Origin: Octopus vulgaris
Taxonomy: Eukaryota
Direction of reading: 5' to 3'
DNA length: 64,000 nt
Assembly: GCA_951406725.2 (NCBI GenBank)
Contig: OX597839.1
Coordinates: 11,966,001 to 12,030,000, forward strand
Shown: one piece after another, positions 56,699 to 64,000 of the stretch
Layout of the letters: every line of letters begins with the position of its first letter
Position numbering within the stretch: position 1 is the first letter of the stretch
Notes under the pieces: generated by a model
The model's input: the letters and a program-made list of their open reading frames with translations, nothing else
Told to the model about the DNA's origin: nothing
Databases searched by the model: none
Translations under genes and position numbers: made by a program

Positions 56699-57343
56699 TG
56701 TATGCATGTCTGTATGTGTGTATCAAAAGAAGAGTGAAATAGGCAAAAAACTAAAAGAAAATAATCTTAAAAAAAACACCTGAAGTAGTTTTGAGTATTT
56801 TGGTAGCAAATTAAGAACATTCCAAGGGAACACTTAGCTTCTGATTAAGACAGAGAACCATTTTCTTTTCCTGTATCTTTAGATTTTCTTTTTATTTTGT
56901 TCTCATTTTCGTCTTTCTAGCATTCAAGGGTTGATTGATTGATTTAGATATCTCATGTGATCAACACACGCACGCAATCATCCATGCGCAAGCATAATAT
57001 ACACACATACACATAGTTGTGTGTGTGTGTGAGCGGGCGAGTGCATGCATAAGTGTGGGTTTTGTGTTTACGTGTTTATGTATGTGTATATACGTCTAAC
57101 TGCAACTCTACAAACACACACATATATACACACACATATGCACGCACGCACACACTCACACACACATATATGATGCATAAATATCCATCAATACTTATAT
57201 ATATATGTGTGTATGTATAAATATATCTACGTATATAAATATATATATATATTCATATATATATTACATTTATATATATATATATACTTATGAATATGGT
57301 ACATATATATGCATATATGTATGTATATATCTATCTATCTATG

Positions 57344-57374
<31 letters not shown>

Positions 57375-57679
57375 ATATATAGATATATATATACAAATAT
57401 ACATATATATATATATATATATACAGATATATATATATATACATATATATGCATATATGTATGTATGTATGCATATATATATATATGTATATATATATAT
57501 CTATACACACACACACACACATATATATATATACATATATATATAAACACGTGCTTAACTTGCTAGAGGTATCTGAGGTCATATTTGGTAATTTCATTAA
57601 AAGAACTCTCAACTAGCAAAAACCAAATGTGTTTTTATAAAAATTCGTGCACGTATTCTTGATAAGCTTTCTTATAAGC

Positions 57680-58520
57680 CATGACTCCGCCTTCAGCTTT
57701 GATGACTGCTTCAATCTGACACTAGAATCGTTGTTATGCCAATGCTAAATGATTGGTATTCACCGGGATAATGGCCCCGCTTCGATGAAGTTATGTTTTC
57801 TTGAGAATGACAAGAAGTTTCCCTTTCGATAATTCCCCTATGTTTGAAGTCCATGTAATTTAAATCCGGGGCCTTTGCAGCTCACAGTTTCATCTGCACA
57901 ATTTCCTCCTTCGGTGTAGCTATGGTATTGTGAGGATTCCAACCAGTTTCCCTTTCAGCAATCCTCCAATCTTTGTAGTCCATGGGATTTAAATCTCACG
58001 TGTTTGGAGGCCAAAATTCTTAATGTTGCATGATCGAAAACATTGTTTGACATCCATGTTTGGGTTATGTGGAATTTACGAAATAGCGCCGCATTTTGTT
58101 GAAAAACGTACAGCCTTCTAGCTTAAAACCGTGTCTAGCAGCATTAACCTTAAGTCCCTATGGAAAGGTGTGAAGTGGAATGACTTGACCTTCGTTTCTC
58201 ACCATTCCTAAAGCCCCATCACAATTGCTAGATGCTTAGTGTGCACCACCCCGGGTGTACCAGAAGGATCTGTACAGAACCGTCTGTCATTTCTCTGTAA
58301 GAATTTTGGTGTTGGTCGAGGTTTCTCACGTCAGAGAAGAACCAAAATATGCCATATTTGTGAAACCTTTTAAGTAACCGCTTGGCACGGATCAAATGGT
58401 TTTCCTGTGTCCCTTTGTAGACGTGAATTAGCCTCCCCTAAGCACACTCCACTTGTATAGAATGTCTTCGTGCGACACTGTTCCGAGTGTCCCCACTAAC
58501 ACCTGAAGTTCTTTGGTGAT
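57680..58520 (-). pseudogene. Tc1/mariner (DD37D/maT-like) transposase relic
   Basis: Minus-strand motifs WFFSDV, YVFQQNAA, FWPPNT*DLNPMDY and IEAVIKAEGG. Confidence 0.8.
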
Positions 58521-58529
58521 AACCCTCTC

Positions 58530-58912
58530 TTTTACTCTTTTACTTGTTTCAGCCATGCTGGAGCAGCGCCTTTAGTCGAGCAAATCGACCCCAGGACTTA
58601 TTCTTTGTAAACCTAGTACTTATCCTATCGGTCTCTTTTGCCGAACCGCTAGGTTACGGGGACATAAACACGCCAGCATCGGTTGTCAAGCGATGTTGGG
58701 GGGACAAACACAGACACACAAACACGTATATATATACATACATATATACGACGAGCTTTTTCAGTTTCCGTGTACCAAATCCACTCACAAGGCTTTGGTC
58801 GGCCCGAAGCTATAGTAGAAGACACTTAGCCCAAGGTGTCACGCACTGGGACTGAGCCCGGAACGATGTGGTTGGTAAGCAAGCTACTTACCACACAGCC
58901 ACTCCTACGCCT
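58530..58912 (-). mobile_element. Full-length SINE family B
   Basis: Reverse complement of the GGCGTAGGAGTGGCTGTGTGGTAAG head through the GAAACAAGTAAAAGAGTAAAAGAG tail. Confidence 0.92.
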
Positions 58913-58920
58913 TGGGTGAC

Positions 58921-59038
58921 GCTTACAGCACCTAGGTTTCCCAAGCGGTCACCCATCTAAGTACTAACTAGGTTCGACGTTACTTAACTTCGGTGATCGG
59001 ACGAGAACCGGTGCTTTCGACGTGATATGGCCGTAACC
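58921..59038 (-). pseudogene. Solitary 5S rRNA copy (probable pseudogene)
   Basis: GGTTACGGCCATATCACGTCGAAAGCACCGGTTCTCGTCCGATCACCGAAGTTAAG..TAGTACTTAGATGGGTGACCGCTTGGGAAACC..GTGCTGTAAGC (~118 nt), with no oligo-T terminator. Confidence 0.92.
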
Positions 59039-59167
59039 CTCATTGACATCTCGACATCATCATCGATAATGTTTCAAACACGCTAGATGGAGGACCCAAT
59101 GTGCACGTCCTTGTTTAAGTAAAACAAGAAATGATTTGAGGAGATTTGGTGCTATGCTATACACGCA

Positions 59168-59199
<32 letters not shown>

Positions 59200-59996
59200 C
59201 ACACATACACACACACACACACACACTCATTCATACATGAAAAAACCTCACACACATAATCCTACTGACACAAACTTTAAACACCCAAATAAACATATAA
59301 ACACGCGCGCGCGCGCACACACACACACAAACACAAACACACCCATACACAGAGAGAGGCACAACCACAGGTACTCACACGCAAACAATTTGTTTGCTAG
59401 AAAAAGAAAAACCCCTGAAAAAAGACCGAAACAAATACAACTAAACACCACCCCACCAAACTCTTTATGCTCCGACCCTGACCCCCAACTCCTCATCTTC
59501 CACATCCAACAAAAAAAAAAAGAATAAATGATGATTGCTCTAATTACTTTAGGAAAATTTTAAAATCGCAATCAGTGAGATTCATTTGTTAAAAAACTGA
59601 AAAGCGTCTGTGAGTTTTTTTGAGATGGTGCGGGTTGGTGGTTTCGAAACCGGTAGCGGCGGTGGCGGTGAGGGTGAGAGCGATGGTGGTGGTGGTAGAG
59701 AAATTAACGGTTTCTGTGTGAAACTGAACTAATTAAATCTGGGAAAATAAAAAATAAAAAAACCCAAGAAATAAAACTACAATTATCATGGAAAATAGTA
59801 ATAAAAAAAAAGTCATTATCGAGTGCAAAGATTCATTGAATGAGGTTTTCCTATTGAAGAATTAACAGAAAATAATGAGATCCTGGTACCATTGTATTGT
59901 CGTTTAGAACACGGGAATAAGATGCCGTTGTGAGAACGTCGACGTAACAAGACAGACTGGATTTTTGATTGCAGACAGTGTCTTTCATCCTTTTGT

Positions 59997-60059
<63 letters not shown>

Positions 60060-60132
60060 CCCTGATGCAGTACCATTGTGACCAGCAATGTGTAACAACA
60101 TCTGATAGCCTTGTCGGTCATGTGATCACGTG

Positions 60133-60190
<58 letters not shown>

Positions 60191-60716
60191 ATGACGGGCT
60201 TCTTTCGGTTTCCGACTACCAAATCTACTCATAAGTCTTTGGTCTGTACGAGATTATAGTAGAATACACTTACCCAAGGTGCCTCGCAGTGAGACTGAAC
60301 TCAAGACCGCATGATTTGGAAGCAAGCCTCTCAATCACACAGCCAAATCTGTGCCTACAATGTTATGCAATGTATCACTTCTTTTAAGATCGATCGATGT
60401 TTTTTAAGAAGAATATGGCCGCTGTTTGTACAAGAGCCCCGTTTAATCGGGAATAAAAATAATTGCGGTTTCCCCTTGAATGAAACTATTGTCCATTAAA
60501 TTACTGTTTCCCAGGAACGAACGCCATGGCTCTGTGAAAAGATTCAGGGATTCATCGAGATAAGGTGCCAATAGAAAAACAATTTAATAAAAATTTAGAA
60601 GTAATAATTATTAGATTATTTGATTTTATACGATATAGAATCTCTCCCGAGAACAATATTTCTTTCATTTAATGTGCTACTAACATAATGGTGGCGATGG
60701 CAGTGGTGGTAGTGAT

Positions 60717-60765
<49 letters not shown>

Positions 60766-61314
60766 CAGGCAGAGTCTTTGTGATTTTTGAGAAAATCATA
60801 TAAAGCTTCCATGACGAAACAAATATGGGAACCTCTCCGTTAAATGATATTCATTAATGCAACAGGAAATTTTTAAAAACTTTGCTGAATTTATATTATT
60901 ATTTCTACCATAGGCATAAAGCTGGAAATTTTGTGGGAGAAAAGCTAGTGGATTACATCAACTCCAGTGCTCCATCCATCCATCCATCCATCCATTTCCT
61001 CTGTACAACATTTCTGAGAAGGGTCGAGTGGGGTAGATTTCTCAGGCATATCTACCATAGAGGAGTACAATTCAGTGTGTCCATGTAGCTGAAAGCCAGT
61101 ACTCCCGATTGATGAAATCAGTTCTTCGGGAGTATATAAACCGTAAAAAATCAGGACGTATGAAAAATGAATGTGTGTTTAACCACTTGACACCCTTAGG
61201 ATTACGGCTGTTTCGTAACCTTCTTCCAGTAGTGATAACGTGAATGTGCTATAAATTATGTTTACATGTTTGTACTATTTATGTATGTTCAGCATTATAT
61301 ATAAATACATTTGT

Positions 61315-61553
61315 GGTGGCTAGCTGGCAGAATCGTTAGCACGCCGGGCGAAATGCTTCGCGGTATTTCGTCCGCCGCTGCATTCTGAGTTCAAATTCCG
61401 CCGAGGTCGACTTTGCCTTTCATCCTTTTGGGGTCGATAAATTAAGTACCAGTTACGCACTATGGTCGATATAATCGACTTAATCCGTTTGTCTGTCCTT
61501 GTTTGTCCACTCTGTGTTTAGCCCCTTGTGGGTAGTAAAGAAATAGGTATTTC
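61315..61553 (+). mobile_element. Full-length SINE family A
   Basis: Near-identical to 55687-55914. Confidence 0.92.
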
Positions 61554-61884
61554 GTAAGCACGCTCCTTACCAAATAGTCACTCCTACGCCTGTATATGTA
61601 TATATAGATACTTACAAATATATACGTGCATGTATGTTTGTATATATGAGTGTATCTGCGTGTATTTGTGTCTTTGCGTTTGTCCTCCCTCTCCCTACTG
61701 CTTGACAACCAGTGTTAGTGTGTCCCTGTAACTTAGCAATTCGGCAAAAGAGACTCGTAGAAAAAGCACCAGGGTTTTGAAAAGTGAGTACAGGGGGCTT
61801 GAGTCGCGTTCGATTAAAACACTTCAAGGTGGTACCCCAGCTTGGTCCAATGGTTAGAGCAAGTGAAAGTTAGAAGATAATATA

Positions 61885-61945
<61 letters not shown>

Positions 61946-62114
61946 GAGAGAGTGTTTGTGTGTGTCACTTGTATTTCTTTCTCAAATTCTCTCGTTCTCT
62001 ATCTCATAATTTTTATTTACTTCTCTCTCCCTTCTTTTTCTCTCTCCTGCTATCTTTCCCCCACCCCACCCACTCCAATTCCCTCTTTCTCTCTCTGAAT
62101 TACCCACTATTTTC

Positions 62115-62157
<43 letters not shown>

Positions 62158-62806
62158 TCGCTCTGTAACGTTTCGTCCTTTGAATATGAAATTACCGTTC
62201 CAAGTTGAAATGACTCCATGAAATGACTCCATGAAATGGACGGAACGTGAAATGCCAAGAATTGCAGAGCAAAAACAAGATTTAAAGAGACAAATTAAAC
62301 GAATCCATTTAGAAGTAGTCAAAAGAAGAAAGACGAAAGAAGAAGAAACAACAATAAAACCCCAACAACAACAACAACAATTTGCAAACAAGACAACAAA
62401 ATAATATAAACAAGTAGGAAAAAAAATATAAGAAAAGCGTACTAAAAAACATTTGCCTTAATCCTCACAAGTTAATCCTACACAACACATTACAATGTTG
62501 GAGTGAAAGCGAAGTTTTATATAGAGTGACTATTCAAACGGAATAGACAAATGGAAAAATATATATAAAAATAAAATAAAAGTGTATTCGTGTGCTGGTG
62601 TGTGGAGATGGATGAATGTATGTGTGTAAGAATGTGCGTGTATATATGTATATGTACATCATATATATATATGTACGCATGTGTATGTAAACATAAATAT
62701 ATGCATGCTTACCTATATAGACATATATACATCAATATATATACGTGTGCACACATGCACAAGTGCATACATATGTATGGAAATGTGTATGTATATATAT
62801 GTGTAT

Positions 62807-62840
<34 letters not shown>

Positions 62841-63032
62841 GTATATATCAATGTATATATACACACACATAGATATACTTGCATACATAGATACATGTAT
62901 ATGCATGTGTGAAATATGTATGTATATGTGTGTGTGTGTGTGCATATGTCTTTGTGTATGTATGTATGTGAGCTAGTAACTATCTACCTATCCATATACA
63001 TATATACTGACATATATATGTATGCACCCCCC

Positions 63033-63063
<31 letters not shown>

Positions 63064-63461
63064 TATATATATATACAGATGCATACATACATGCATGAAT
63101 ATATAAATACATGCACACTTATATACACGGGCATTTACGTTTATTGATAGTAAGAAAAAGTGAAGATGAAGATGCTGATGATGATGATGATGGTCACAGA
63201 GATGAGTGTGGCGGTCGTGGAGGTAGAGGTGGTGGTGGTGGTAGTCATGGTGATTGTGACGATGAAACGACACCACACAGATTGCTGTGTGGCAGAGGAC
63301 GGTTAAAAGCAAAGGGAGATAACAAAGAAGAAGCTTTCTGAAGTCGAACAAAATATTTTATAGGTAAAGGGGGAAAAAAAATATACGACCACCTTCCAAG
63401 ATTGGAGAGGTTTGGAGGACAAACAAAGAGAGGGAAGGGCAAGGAGGAGTAAATGATGTTC

Positions 63462-63507
<46 letters not shown>

Positions 63508-63830
63508 CAGTGGTGGTGATGGTGGTGGTGGTGGTGGTGGTGGTAGTAGATGATTGTCGCAGTGATGATGATAACCATGACGACGACGACGACGATGATG
63601 ATGATGACGATGATAATAAAGACGTCGATAAGAAAAGTACGTTATAATAGAAACGAGGAACTTCTCGAAAAATCTAAGAAGCGAGGAGAGCAAAAAAAAA
63701 ATAATAGTATTAATAAAAAATTAAAATATAATGAAAAAGATAAAAAAAGATAGAAAATACATAAAAAATATGTAAATTGACGAGAGGCACTATAAACACA
63801 CAAGATACGTATGTACATACCTACATACAT

Positions 63831-63893
<63 letters not shown>

Positions 63894-63916
63894 TATATCT
63901 ATGCATCATATATATA

Positions 63917-63952
<36 letters not shown>

Positions 63953-64000
63953 TGTATGTATGTATGTATGTATGTATGTATGTATGTATGTATGTATGTA

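Overview
Repeat-saturated, AT-rich animal genomic DNA, most likely an octopus (inferred from the SINE families and extreme microsatellite load). No host protein-coding gene can be supported, and almost all listed ORFs are translations of (TA)n/(CA)n/(GA)n/trinucleotide microsatellites. The real content is mobile DNA. It includes one near full-length Penelope-like element (PLE; RT + Zn-knuckle + GIY-YIG, minus strand, 41.2-46.7 kb) with ~945-bp direct pseudo-LTRs, a second PLE endonuclease remnant, R4/Dong-type LINE tails, a (TAA)n-associated ~550-bp repeat, four tRNA-derived SINE families, Tc1/mariner relics and MITEs, and 28S and 5S rRNA pseudogenes. The most striking hidden signal is about 15 type I hammerhead-ribozyme-like motifs from at least 7 unrelated repeat families. 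Several are non-canonical: very long stem II arms, a recurrent CUGUUGA core, and one downstream of a tRNA-like Pol III head. Most sit in short elements abutting (TA)n arrays and are often folded back into palindromes. A separate ~2.15-kb palindrome lies at 49.4-51.6 kb. All calls were made by eye; no alignments, folding or database searches were run.
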